A DNA stretch of 64,000 nucleotides from Pseudodonghicola sp. GTDB taxonomy: Bacteria; Pseudomonadota; Alphaproteobacteria; Rhodobacterales; Rhodobacteraceae. Position numbers and translations under genes: made by a program. The number at the start of each line of letters is the position of its first letter. Positions within the stretch are counted from its first letter, which is position 1. The DNA is taken from NCBI RefSeq assembly GCF_048268305.1, contig NZ_JBLWVT010000001.1:160046-224045 (forward strand), in the 5' to 3' direction. The notes below the pieces were generated by a model. It was given only the letters and a program-made list of their open reading frames with translations. It made no database searches and was not told the DNA's origin. Shown here one piece after another: positions 19,361-28,643 of the stretch.

Positions 19361-20824
19361 TCAGAGCAGGGCGCGTTCCGCCTCGGCAATCCGGGCGATG
19401 CCGCCGGGAATGCGCGCGGTGGGGATCGAGGAATAGCCCAGCCGGTAAAAGCGCCCCGGCCGGTCGGGGCCGGCGAAGAAGGGGGTGCCCGGTTCGATGA
19501 AGACGCTGTCGCCCTGCAGCCGGGCGGCCAGCTGGGTGCTGTCCACCCCCTCGGGCGCCTGCATCCACAGCGACGAGCCACCATAGACCCCGCGCCCGGC
19601 GATGGTCAGCCCCTGGTCGGCGATCGCGGCCTCCATCGCGCGGCGGCGGTCGTGCAGCGCCTGGCTCATCCGCCGGATCTGGCTGTCGTAATGGCCGAGC
19701 GACAGGAAATAGGCGGCGGTGCGCTGGATATGGCCGGGCGGGTGGCGCAGCATGGCGGCGCGCAGGGCGCGGGCCTCGCGGATCAGGGGTTCCGAGCCGA
19801 CCATGTAGCCCAGCCGCAGCCCGGGGAAGAGCGATTTCGAGAAGCTGCCGACATAGATCACCCGTCCGTCCTCATCGAGCGACTTCAGCGCCGGCGAGGG
19901 GGCGGCGAGAAAGGCCATCTCGAATTCATAATCATCCTCGACCACCAGCGCGTCGAGCGCGCGGGCGCGCGCGAGCAGCGCCTGCCGGCGGCGCAGCGGC
20001 ATGGTGGCAGTGGTCGGGCATTGGTGGCTGGGGGTGGTAAAGATCACGTCGGTCCCCTCGGGGATCGCCTCGGGCGGCAGCCCGTCGGCATCGACCGCAA
20101 CCGGGATCAGCCGACAGCCGGAATGGGTCAGCAGATCGCGCTGGGCGGGGTAGGAGGGATCCTCGATCACCGCCTGGCGATGCCGGTTCAGCAACATGCG
20201 CGAGGTCAGCCAGAGGGCGTTCTGGGCGCCGAGCGTGATCAGAATCTCCTCTGGCCGGGCCGAGATGCCACGTCGCGGCAGGCTGTGGCGGGCGATGTAT
20301 TCGACCAGCAGCGGATCGTCGCGGTCGTTGTAATCGTCGGTCAGGGCGGCGAAATCCTTTTGTCCCAGCGCCCGCAGCGCGCATTGCCGCCAGTTGGCGT
20401 GATCGAACAGCGTGGGATCGGCCTGACCGTAGATGAAGGGATAGCGGAAGCCGCGCCAATTGTCGGGCTTGCGCGGGGTGTCGCCGCCGGTGAACCGCTG
20501 GACCAGGGCGCGCGACCAGTCGACGCTATCGGTGCCGCGCGGGCGGGGTGAATAGGTCGGCGGCACCGGGGCGCTGTCGGAGACGTAATAGCCCGACCGA
20601 CCGCGCGCGGTGAGATAGTCGTTCGCCACCAGTTCGGTATAGGCGAGTGTCACGGTGATCCGGCTGACCCCCAGATGTGTCGCCAGCCGGCGCGAGGAGG
20701 GCAGCTTTTCTCCGGCGTGGAAACGGCCGGAGAGGATGCCTTCGGCGATCATCTGTTGAACCTGCGCCTGCAGGGTGCCCGGGGCGCCGGGGGTGAGGAA
20801 GAAGGTTTCGATGGCGATGGACAT
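19361..20824 (-). CDS. MocR/PdxR-type regulator (GntR wHTH fused to a fold-type-I aminotransferase-like domain)
   Basis: The start is taken at ATG 20824 (MSIAIETFF...). The HTH is KLPSSRRLATHLGVSRITVTLAYTELVANDYL. The AAT-like domain has SFSKSLFPGLRLGYMV (PLP-Lys region). The longer N-terminus in the track runs through the repeat element and is rejected. Confidence 0.88.
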   Translation of the reverse strand: MSIAIETFFLTPGAPGTLQAQVQQMIAEGILSGRFHAGEKLPSSRRLATHLGVSRITVTLAYTELVANDYLTARGRSGYYVSDSAPVPPTYSPRPRGTDSVDWSRALVQRFTGGDTPRKPDNWRGFRYPFIYGQADPTLFDHANWRQCALRALGQKDFAALTDDYNDRDDPLLVEYIARHSLPRRGISARPEEILITLGAQNALWLTSRMLLNRHRQAVIEDPSYPAQRDLLTHSGCRLIPVAVDADGLPPEAIPEGTDVIFTTPSHQCPTTATMPLRRRQALLARARALDALVVEDDYEFEMAFLAAPSPALKSLDEDGRVIYVGSFSKSLFPGLRLGYMVGSEPLIREARALRAAMLRHPPGHIQRTAAYFLSLGHYDSQIRRMSQALHDRRRAMEAAIADQGLTIAGRGVYGGSSLWMQAPEGVDSTQLAARLQGDSVFIEPGTPFFAGPDRPGRFYRLGYSSIPTARIPGGIARIAEAERALL

Positions 20825-20841
20825 TGGGGGGCGGGATCTGT

Positions 20842-20872
20842 TGGACCTAAATGCCCTATAAACTGGACTTAA
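20842..20872. promoter_or_regulatory. Direct repeat TGGACCTAA / TGGACTTAA spaced 22 bp, immediately upstream of the MocR-type gene
   Basis: Read directly: 20842-20850 and 20864-20872, which is 18-48 nt upstream of the ATG at 20824. MocR-family proteins are known to bind direct repeats. Confidence 0.45.
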
Positions 20873-20898
20873 GGGCGGCGCCAGCGTCGCGTGCGGGC

Positions 20899-21058
20899 GG
20901 GGGGCTCTGCCCCCCACGGCCTGCGGCCTCCCCCCGGGATATTTCAGGCTAGAAAAAGGGGGGGTGAGCGGCGCCAGGAAAACAGTCCAGTGGACTGTTT
21001 TCAGCCGCGAGCGGGCGTAGCCCCGGGAGGCGCAGGGACAAACAGTCCGGTGACCGTT
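20899..21058 (+). repeat. Composite intergenic repeat, copy D (module 1 + one palindrome unit + degenerate second unit)
   Basis: About 150 bp nearly identical to 2216-2375, including the 19-nt palindrome AACAGTCCAGTGGACTGTT at 20981-20999. A degenerate AACAGTCCGGTGACCGTT lies at 21041-21058. Confidence 0.9.
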
Positions 21059-21090
21059 CCGCGGCGAGGTCGCGGGAAATGCGGGAATGC

Positions 21091-21126
21091 CCATCTGCCC
21101 CTCCCCGGCGGGGAAGGGGCAGATGG
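21091..21126 (-). terminator. 16-bp stem-loop (one mismatch) just downstream of the 5'-nucleotidase gene
   Basis: CCATCTGCCCCTCCCC ggcg GGGAAGGGGCAGATGG, ending 15 nt from the stop at 21141. No obvious U-tract. Confidence 0.45.
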
Positions 21127-21140
21127 ATGGTCTGCCCTGG

Positions 21141-23138
21141 TCAGGTGAGGGTCAATCGACCGTCCAGAGTGATGCCGGTCTGATCCGAGATGGTGCCGAT
21201 CTCGCGCAGTGCCGCGATCAACTCGTTGCGATAGACAAGGCCGGTGTGGTTCCAGGGCAGGGCACGCACGTCGAAGCTGGGGATATCACCCGCCACGCCG
21301 CCGCCGATCGGCTTGCCGTTCCAGGTCTCGCCAAAGGCGCCGAGCGAGATGTAGCTGTTGAAGGCCATGGTGAAGGGGGTCTCCAGCACCTCTTCCACCG
21401 GCTGGCCGTTCAGGGTGATCCCGACCGCCTGCGCCTCGGCTGCAGACCCGCCGAGCGCGATCCGGTAGCGGATGCCGGAGGAGAAATGCAGGAACCCGCG
21501 CGAGACGAATTCCGAGAGATCGGTGCCCGCGACCTCCTCCGGGCGCAGGATGCGCTTGGCGTTCGAGGTCAGCATGTCGCGGATCTGGGCACCGGTCAGG
21601 GTGGCGACGTCGATCACATCGGCATAGGGCATCACGTCGAACCATTCGCGGAAGGTCAGCGGTCCCTTGTGAATGCCTTTCGCCAGACCGGTGGCATTGA
21701 ACAGCGAGAAATCGACCGCCCCACCGGGGAAGCTGGCCGAGCGTTTGACCAGCGTGTCGTTCATCAGGTTGCCGATGGCGACCTCGCCGACATAGCGGTC
21801 GGCGAGGGTGCGGGGGGTGGAGACCAGGGTGTCGGCGGCAACCTCGGCGATCACCTCGGACAGTTTGGCATCGAGCGCCGCGATCATCGGCGCCATCACC
21901 TGTGCTTCGAACTCGGCGTCGTAATCACCATCCTGTTCGGCGGCGGCGAATTTTTCATCCTCCGGTTTCAGCCGGTCGTCGCGGCGCTTGATCGGGTGCA
22001 GCGAGACGTTGGAGAACCATTGATCACGGCCCTGACCCGGGGCCACCGACATCACGATATCGCCGAGGAACTGGCCATTCGCCTTGGCCTGGGTCAGCAG
22101 CAGCCCCGCCACCATATTGTCGGCGTCGATGCCGTCGGTGTTGAGCTCGGTATGCGAATGGCCGCCGATCAGCACCACGGGTTTGCTGGCCATCGGGCCG
22201 ATGGCGTCGGCGATGTCGAAGTCGCCCTCGCCGATCAGCCGGGCGGTGCCGGCCTTGCCGGATTGGTGCATGCCACGGCCGTAACCGCAGTGCGACAGGA
22301 TCACCACCACGTCCGACACCGCCTCGACCGCCTTGTAGAGGTTGGCGGCGCTTTCCACCGGGCTGGCGACGGCCAGGGTCGGATCGCTTTCCATGCCGAC
22401 CCGGGTGTCGATGGCGGTGGTCAGGCCGATGAAGCCGATCCGGAGGCCCTTTACCTCGGCCACGGCGGCGGGGGTGTAATCGACGTCCCGCGCGATATGG
22501 GCCGAAGCGTTGACATTGGCCGAGAGCACCGGGAAGGCGGCGTCGCGGTCGAGCCCGATCTTGAGCTGCGCCGCGCCACGGTCGAATTCATGGTTGCCCA
22601 GCACGGCGAGATCGACGCCGGCGGCGGAGGCGGCGCGATAGCCGGCGTCGGCGACGAAGTCGTCCGGGGTCCAGCCCATCAGCTCGTCAAAGACCGAACC
22701 GGTGTGATCGTCGCCGCCGGAGAGGAGCAGCACGATTTCATCGTCGCCGGCCTGGGCCTTGGCCTGTTTCACCAGTTGCACCATCTGCGCCATGCGGTGG
22801 GTATCGCCACGCTTGCCGTCGAGATCGGTCATATGGTTGTGCATGTCGTTGAAATGCATCAGCCGCAGCACCCGGCGGCTGCCCTCGGGCAGGCTGCGGG
22901 CGGGCTCAACGGCGCCATCCTCGGCCAGGATGGTGGTGATCGGGCCCGACAGCGGATCGCCCTTCAGCAGATAGAGCTTTTCGAAGCTGCCCCTGGGGTT
23001 CGGCTGGACCGCGACCATCGCCAGTTCGCCGGCGCCGGGGCTGGCATTGGCACGGGTGACGATGACGGGAGAGACGGCGGCGGCCGCGGCGAGCGCGGTG
23101 CTGCGCGCCAGAAAGGCGCGGCGGGTGAAGCGGGGCAT
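21141..23138 (-). CDS. TAT-exported bifunctional metallophosphatase/5'-nucleotidase family protein (UshA/CpdB-like)
   Basis: The start is taken at ATG 23138: MPRFTRRAFLARSTALAAAAAVSPVIVTRANA (twin-arginine signal). Metallophosphatase motifs are HFNDMHN, SGGDDH, GNHEFD and GGHSH, followed by a C-terminal 5'-nucleotidase substrate domain. Confidence 0.9.
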   Translation of the reverse strand: MPRFTRRAFLARSTALAAAAAVSPVIVTRANASPGAGELAMVAVQPNPRGSFEKLYLLKGDPLSGPITTILAEDGAVEPARSLPEGSRRVLRLMHFNDMHNHMTDLDGKRGDTHRMAQMVQLVKQAKAQAGDDEIVLLLSGGDDHTGSVFDELMGWTPDDFVADAGYRAASAAGVDLAVLGNHEFDRGAAQLKIGLDRDAAFPVLSANVNASAHIARDVDYTPAAVAEVKGLRIGFIGLTTAIDTRVGMESDPTLAVASPVESAANLYKAVEAVSDVVVILSHCGYGRGMHQSGKAGTARLIGEGDFDIADAIGPMASKPVVLIGGHSHTELNTDGIDADNMVAGLLLTQAKANGQFLGDIVMSVAPGQGRDQWFSNVSLHPIKRRDDRLKPEDEKFAAAEQDGDYDAEFEAQVMAPMIAALDAKLSEVIAEVAADTLVSTPRTLADRYVGEVAIGNLMNDTLVKRSASFPGGAVDFSLFNATGLAKGIHKGPLTFREWFDVMPYADVIDVATLTGAQIRDMLTSNAKRILRPEEVAGTDLSEFVSRGFLHFSSGIRYRIALGGSAAEAQAVGITLNGQPVEEVLETPFTMAFNSYISLGAFGETWNGKPIGGGVAGDIPSFDVRALPWNHTGLVYRNELIAALREIGTISDQTGITLDGRLTLT

Positions 23139-23249
23139 GGAAACCTCAATGAAACGGAATGTTTGGCGAGGCTCTGCTGTCTTTGGGTAACGTCTGGGTG
23201 ATGGTGGGATGACGGTCGGGTGAAACCTGGGCGACTGCGGCAATCGCGC

Positions 23250-23891
23250 TCAGGTCGCGCGCAATTCGTCATAGGGGATCATCACATGGTCGCGAAAGGC
23301 GGGGCGGTCGGTCAGCCGGTGATAATAGGCCCTGAGTGCCGGCAGATCGGCGCGGGGGATGTCGATATCGTAATAGCGATAGAGCACATGACCGAACTGG
23401 ATATCGGCGAGGGTGAAGGCGGGGCCGGCCAGGTAAGCATCTGTTTTCAGGTGGTCTTCGGCGATGCGCAGCCTGTCTTCTAAGGCAGTGAGCGCGTGGG
23501 TGATGGCAGTCGCATCCCGCCGGGCGGGTGGGGTGCGCACCACCCGCCAGAAGATCGGGCCGGTGAACCCCAGCGCGATATTGATCTTAGCCCATTCCGC
23601 CCAGCGGTCGACCTCGGTTCGGGCCAGAAGATCGGCGGGCCAGAAGCTGTCTGATCCGTATCGGCTGGCGAGATAGCGCAGGATGGCGCCGGTTTCCCAC
23701 AGCGCCGGGCCGTCGCCGTCGCGCTGCACCGGCACGGTGCGGTTGGGGTTCATCGCCACGAATTCGGGCGTATCGGTGCCGCCGAAGCGGTGGCCGATGT
23801 CGTGGCGGATGTGGTCGAGCCCCAGTTCGCCCACCGCCCACATCAGCGCCTGAACGTTGGAGGAAGTCTTGCGGCCCCAGATTTCCAGCAT
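23250..23891 (-). CDS. Glutathione S-transferase family protein
   Basis: 213 aa. N-terminal thioredoxin-like part (TSSNVQALMWAV..., VPVQRDGDGPALWETGAILRYL) and a helical C-terminal domain. Confidence 0.85.
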   Translation of the reverse strand: MLEIWGRKTSSNVQALMWAVGELGLDHIRHDIGHRFGGTDTPEFVAMNPNRTVPVQRDGDGPALWETGAILRYLASRYGSDSFWPADLLARTEVDRWAEWAKINIALGFTGPIFWRVVRTPPARRDATAITHALTALEDRLRIAEDHLKTDAYLAGPAFTLADIQFGHVLYRYYDIDIPRADLPALRAYYHRLTDRPAFRDHVMIPYDELRAT

Positions 23892-23958
23892 GCGAGTCTG
23901 TCCCTGCGTGATGGTCCGAGACTGGCGGTTGCGGCGCGATTTGGCCAGAGGCCGAAGG

Positions 23959-24726
23959 TCAGACCGCGATCAGCCGGCAATCGGCGGCGGTGCAGGCGTC
24001 GCGGGTGGCGTCGGGCAGGCTGCCGGCATGGACCACCAGGTCATAATCCCACAGATGCCCATGCTTCAGGGGCGCGGGGCGGCCGATCTTGGTGCTGTCG
24101 AGGATCAGCACCGTCCGCGCGCCACAGGCGGCGATGGCGCGGCGGGCGCGGATTTCCTCGGGGGTGAAATCCATCACCTCGCCCTGGGGCGAGAGCGCGC
24201 CGCAACTGAAGATGGCGACATCCAGCCGGAACTGGCCGAAGAACTCCTGGCTTTCGGCGCCGATGATATCGAGATCGCGCAGCCGCACCTTGCCGCCGGC
24301 CAGATGCACGGTGACGCCCGGCGCCGCCCGCAGGGCGAGCACGGCGTGGATGTTGTTGGTCGCCACCAGCAGGTTTTCCCGCCCGACCAGGGCGCGGGCG
24401 ACCTCCTCGACCGTGGTGCCGGTGCCGAGCGCGACCCGCGCGGCGTCGGGGACCAGCCCGGCCACCGCCTGACCGATCCGCCCCTTTTCGTCCCGCGCGA
24501 TGGCGAGCCGCGGCTGATAACCGATGTTCTCTGTCCCCCGGTTCAGGCTCGCCTCGCCATGACGGCGGCGAATCACGCCCTGTTCGTCCAGCTCGCGCAG
24601 ATCGGTGCGGATGGTCTGCACCGAGACCGCCAGCCGCCCGGCCAGATCGGCGGCCGACAGGCTGCCGTGGATCGACAGGAGGTTGACGATTCTGTCACGG
24701 CGGCGGGCCAGGTCCGGGGCGGACAT
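23959..24726 (-). CDS. DeoR-family transcriptional regulator
   Basis: The start is taken at ATG 24726. RRDRIVNLLSIHGSLSAADLAGRLAVSVQTIRTDLRELDEQGVIRR is the DeoR HTH. The C-terminal sugar-phosphate-isomerase-like sensor domain includes LGTGTTV... and AFSCGA. Confidence 0.9.
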   Translation of the reverse strand: MSAPDLARRRDRIVNLLSIHGSLSAADLAGRLAVSVQTIRTDLRELDEQGVIRRRHGEASLNRGTENIGYQPRLAIARDEKGRIGQAVAGLVPDAARVALGTGTTVEEVARALVGRENLLVATNNIHAVLALRAAPGVTVHLAGGKVRLRDLDIIGAESQEFFGQFRLDVAIFSCGALSPQGEVMDFTPEEIRARRAIAACGARTVLILDSTKIGRPAPLKHGHLWDYDLVVHAGSLPDATRDACTAADCRLIAV

Positions 24727-24922
24727 GCTGTTTTCCTTCGAAAGCAAGATTTCCCTCCCCCTTTGCCTAGCTTGGCCCTGCCATCCTGCAAAGAAATTTA
24801 TTTTTCCCGATTTTTGCTGAGTGTCACGAAGCTGTCACGCGGCAGCTATAGCCGGGGGCCATTCGCCGGAGGTCGACGATCGACTTTCGAACGAAAGGCA
24901 GATTGGACCATAGGAGCCCCTG

Positions 24923-25891
24923 ATGAAACTGCGCTTTGCCGCCCTTCTCGCCCTGGCCGTGCCCTTCGGCGCCCAGGCTGAAACCCTTACCCTCTATACC
25001 TCGCAACCCAATGCCGATGCCCAGCAGACGGTCGATGCCTTCGAGGCCGCCAATCCGGGCATCAAGGTCGAATGGGTGCGTGACGGCACCACCAAGCTGA
25101 TGGCCCGTCTGACCGCCGAGATCGAGGCCGGCGCCGCCCAGCCCGACGTGCTGCTGATCGCCGATTCCGTGACCATGGAAGGCATGGCGCAGCAGGGCCA
25201 GCTTCTGGCCTACAAGTCGCCCGAGGCCGCAGCCTATGATCCCGCGCTCTACAGCGCCGACGGCTATTACTATTCGACCAAGGTGATCACCACCGGCATC
25301 GTCTATAACACCGGGGCCGCCAAGGCGCCGCTGGCCTGGGCCGATCTGGCGGGCGAGGGGATGGACGACATGATCGTGATGCCCTCGCCGCTTTATTCCG
25401 GCGCGGCGCTGATCCATCTGGCGACCCTGACCGGCAACCCCGATCTGGGCTGGGGTTTCTATGAAAAGCTGGCGGCTGAACATGCCCGCGCCGAAGGCGG
25501 CAATGGCGGCACCTTCAAGGCCGTCGCCTCGGGCGAGAAGCCCTATGGCATGGTCGTCGACTATATGGCGATCCGCAACATGGCCAAGGGCTCGCCGGTC
25601 AAATTCGTCTTCCCGGCCGAGGGTGTTTCCTATGTGACCGAGCCGGTGGCGATCATGTCGACCGCCAAGAACGTGCCGGCGGCCGAGAAATTCGTCGACT
25701 TCGTGCTGAGCGAGAAGGGCCAGAAGCTGGTTGTCGACATGGGCTATATCCCCGCCCGTCCCGGCATGGGCATGCCCGAAGGCTTTCCGACGCGGGAAGA
25801 GATCAAGCTGATGGCCTTCGACCCGGCCGCCGCGCTGAAGAATGCCGAAGCCAACAAGGCCCGGTTTTCTGAGCTTTTCGGTGTGAAATGA
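24923..25891 (+). CDS. ABC transporter periplasmic substrate-binding protein, Fe3+/AfuA/thiamine-type (cluster D) family
   Basis: 322 aa with AGGAG RBS and signal peptide MKLRFAALLALAVPFGAQA. LTLYTSQPNADAQQTVDAFEAANPGIKVEWVRDG is typical of FbpA/AfuA-like SBPs. The substrate cannot be read from the sequence. Confidence 0.85.
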   Translation: MKLRFAALLALAVPFGAQAETLTLYTSQPNADAQQTVDAFEAANPGIKVEWVRDGTTKLMARLTAEIEAGAAQPDVLLIADSVTMEGMAQQGQLLAYKSPEAAAYDPALYSADGYYYSTKVITTGIVYNTGAAKAPLAWADLAGEGMDDMIVMPSPLYSGAALIHLATLTGNPDLGWGFYEKLAAEHARAEGGNGGTFKAVASGEKPYGMVVDYMAIRNMAKGSPVKFVFPAEGVSYVTEPVAIMSTAKNVPAAEKFVDFVLSEKGQKLVVDMGYIPARPGMGMPEGFPTREEIKLMAFDPAAALKNAEANKARFSELFGVK

Positions 25892-27597
25892 GCCAGCCTC
25901 TGGCACGCAACATGGGGGGCAGCCGGTCGGGAGACTGGCTGCTTTCCGCCTTGATGGGGCTGGCCATCCTGCTGACGCTGGCGCCCGTCGTCCGCCTGCT
26001 GGTCGAAGGTGTCTCTGGCCCCGCGGGCTTCAGCCTGGTGCCGGTGGCCGAGGTTCTGGCGCGCCCGACCACGCTGTCGGCACTGTGGCATTCGATCTTT
26101 ACCGCCGGGGTGGGCACGGTGATCTCGGTGATCCTGGGCGGTGCCTTCGCCTTTCTGGTGGCGTTGACCGATATCCGCGCCAAGGGGGCGCTGGTCTTCT
26201 GCCTGATGATCCCGATGATGATCCCGCCGCAGATCACCGCCTTGGCCTGGACCCAGGTGATGGGGCCGTCTTCGGTGCTGTTGAAGACCATCGGCCTGGC
26301 GCCGCCGCTCGGATCCCCGCAGCCGCTGCATTCGCCGATGGGGATCGCGGTCTTGCTGGGCATCCAGCATACATCCATCGTTTTCCTGACCCTGCGCGCC
26401 GGTCTGCGCTCCATCCCGCCCGAGGCGGTCGAGGCGGCGCGGATTTCGGGTGCGCGCGGGCTCAGGCTCTGGTGGCAGGTGGTGCTGCCCCTGAGCGTGC
26501 CGAGCCTCGCCGCCGGCACCGCCATGGCCTTTGTCACCGCGCTGGGCAATTTCGGTATCCCGGCGATGTTGGGGATTCCGGCCGGCTATTCGACCCTGCC
26601 GACGCTGATCTATCAGCGGCTGGCAGGCATGGGCACCTCGGTGCTGACCGAGGTGGCGGTTCTGGCGCTGCTGATCGGCGCCGTGGCGCTGGCGGGTGTC
26701 ATCCTGAACCGCCTCTTCCTGCGGCGTCGCGGCTTTGGGCTGATCGGCCTCGCCAACCGGCCGCTCGAGGTCAATCTGAAACATCTGCGGCTGCCGGTGG
26801 AACTGGCGCTCTGGCTGGTGATCTTCTCGATTCTGGTGCTGCCGCTCTTGGCACTGGGCGCCACCTCTCTGGTGCCGGCCTATGGCGTGCCGCTGAACTG
26901 GCAGACGCTGAGCCTTGCTGGCTGGTACGAGGCGCTGTTTCGCCAGCCGGTGACGGCGCGGGCCTTTGGCAATTCCTTCCTGCTGGCGACCGGCGCGGCG
27001 GTGGTGCTGATGGCGATCTGCCTGCCCTTGGCCTGGGTGATGCTGCGCCGCCCCAACCGGCTGAGCCGGGCCTTCGACCTGCTGGTCGATCTGCCCTATG
27101 CGCTGCCCGGTGTGGTGCTGGCGATCGCCTGCATCCTGCTGTTCATCAAGCTGCCCTTCACCGATCTGACGCTTTACGGCACCATCTGGATCATCTTCAT
27201 CGCCTATCTCGCGCGGTTCTTCACCGTGATGCTGCGCCCGGTGCAATCGGCGCTGGCGCAGCTCGATCCCGCGATGGAGGAGGCGGCGCAATCGGCCGGC
27301 GCCAGCCTGGGCCGCCGGCTGCGGACGATCATCCTGCCCCTGACCGCGCCGGCGGCGGCGGCCGGGGCGATCCTGGTCTTTCTGACCGCCTTCAACGAAT
27401 TGACCGTCTCCGCGCTTCTCTGGTCCTCGGGGACCGAGACGCTGGGGGTGGTGATCTTCAACCTGGAAGACAGTGGCGAGACGGTGATGGCCTCGGCTGT
27501 TTCCGTCGCGGTGGTGGGGGTGGTGATCGTGCTGATGGGCGCGATCCAGCTCGCCTCCCGCCGCCTGCCCAAGGGAGTTGTGCCATGGCAGAACTGA
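25888..27597 (+). CDS. ABC transporter permease, fused double-domain (FbpB/AfuB/ThiP-like)
   Basis: 569 aa with two tandem MetI-like permease halves. ATGA overlap with the SBP stop. Confidence 0.88.
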   Translation: MSQPLARNMGGSRSGDWLLSALMGLAILLTLAPVVRLLVEGVSGPAGFSLVPVAEVLARPTTLSALWHSIFTAGVGTVISVILGGAFAFLVALTDIRAKGALVFCLMIPMMIPPQITALAWTQVMGPSSVLLKTIGLAPPLGSPQPLHSPMGIAVLLGIQHTSIVFLTLRAGLRSIPPEAVEAARISGARGLRLWWQVVLPLSVPSLAAGTAMAFVTALGNFGIPAMLGIPAGYSTLPTLIYQRLAGMGTSVLTEVAVLALLIGAVALAGVILNRLFLRRRGFGLIGLANRPLEVNLKHLRLPVELALWLVIFSILVLPLLALGATSLVPAYGVPLNWQTLSLAGWYEALFRQPVTARAFGNSFLLATGAAVVLMAICLPLAWVMLRRPNRLSRAFDLLVDLPYALPGVVLAIACILLFIKLPFTDLTLYGTIWIIFIAYLARFFTVMLRPVQSALAQLDPAMEEAAQSAGASLGRRLRTIILPLTAPAAAAGAILVFLTAFNELTVSALLWSSGTETLGVVIFNLEDSGETVMASAVSVAVVGVVIVLMGAIQLASRRLPKGVVPWQN

Positions 27598-28643
27598 CAT
27601 TGACCGCGCTCGGCAAGCGCTTTGACAGCCATGTGGCGCTGACCGATGTGTCCGCCACCTTTCACGACGGCGAATTCGTCGCGCTTCTCGGTCCCTCGGG
27701 GTGCGGCAAGACCACGCTGCTGCGGCTGCTGGCGGGTTTCGAGGCGCCGACCGAAGGGGAGATCGCGGTCGACGGGACACTCGTCGCCTCCGCCCGGACC
27801 GGGAAACTGCTGCCGCCGGAGGAGCGGAACATGGGCATCGTGTTCCAGTCCTATGCGCTCTGGCCGCATATGAGCGTGGCGAGGAACGTCGCCTATCCGC
27901 TGGAGGTGCGCGGCATTCCCAAGGCGGAGCGGCGCGCCCGCGTCGCCGCCGCGCTGGAGATGACCGGGCTGACGGATTATGCCGATCGGATGCCGGCGGC
28001 GCTGTCGGGCGGGCAACGGCAGCGGGTGGCGCTGGCGCGCAGCCTGGTCGCCGATCCCTCTGCCGTGCTGCTGGACGAGCCGCTCGCCAACCTCGACCTG
28101 TCGTTGCGCGCGACGATGCAGGAGGCTTTCGCGGCCTTTCACGAGCGGACCGGCGCCACCATGGTCTATGTCACCCATGACCAGACCGAGGCGATGGCGA
28201 TGGCCGACCGGGTGGCGGTGATGGATGGCGGCCGCATTCGGCAATTCGCCACGCCCGAGGTGCTTTACAGCGAGCCGACAGATGCCTTTGTCGCGGGCTT
28301 TGTCGGCGACGGGGCGGTGGTGCCGGTGGTGCCCTGCGGCCCTTCGGGCGCTGGCGACGTCACCGTGCGGCTGCTGGGGCGGGAGGTCTCGGCCCGCGCC
28401 CGGGTGGCGGGGCCCGACCGGCTGTGCATCCGGCCGGAGGATATCACGCTGGGCGACGAGGGCGCGCTGCGCGCCGAGGTGCGGCAATGCACCTATCTGG
28501 GCGGGCGGTTCCGGTTGCGGCTGATCGCCGAGGGCGGGCTTGATCTGGTGGCCTTCAGCACCGCGCGGGTGCGCCAGGGCGCCTCGCTCGGCCTGACCAT
28601 CGGGCGACCCTGGGGTTTTGCCGCGGAGGTGGCCCATGGCTGA
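27585..28643 (+). CDS. ABC transporter ATP-binding protein with C-terminal TOBE-like domain
   Basis: ATG at 27585, in frame with track ORF 26085..28643. Walker A GPSGCGKTT, signature [13 protein letters not shown], Walker B LLDEPL. 13-nt overlap with the permease gene. Confidence 0.92.
   Translation: MAELTLTALGKRFDSHVALTDVSATFHDGEFVALLGPSGCGKTTLLRLLAGFEAPTEGEIAVDGTLVASARTGKLLPPEERNMGIVFQSYALWPHMSVARNVAYPLEVRGIPKAERRARVAAALEMTGLTDYADRMPAALSGGQRQRVALARSLVADPSAVLLDEPLANLDLSLRATMQEAFAAFHERTGATMVYVTHDQTEAMAMADRVAVMDGGRIRQFATPEVLYSEPTDAFVAGFVGDGAVVPVVPCGPSGAGDVTVRLLGREVSARARVAGPDRLCIRPEDITLGDEGALRAEVRQCTYLGGRFRLRLIAEGGLDLVAFSTARVRQGASLGLTIGRPWGFAAEVAHG

Noticed and set aside
20825-21094. 90-codon N-terminal extension of the MocR-type ORF
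   Set aside because: The extension runs through the intergenic repeat element; the same peptide-like translation appears at the 2216-2440 copy. The conserved wHTH starts right after the ATG at 20824.
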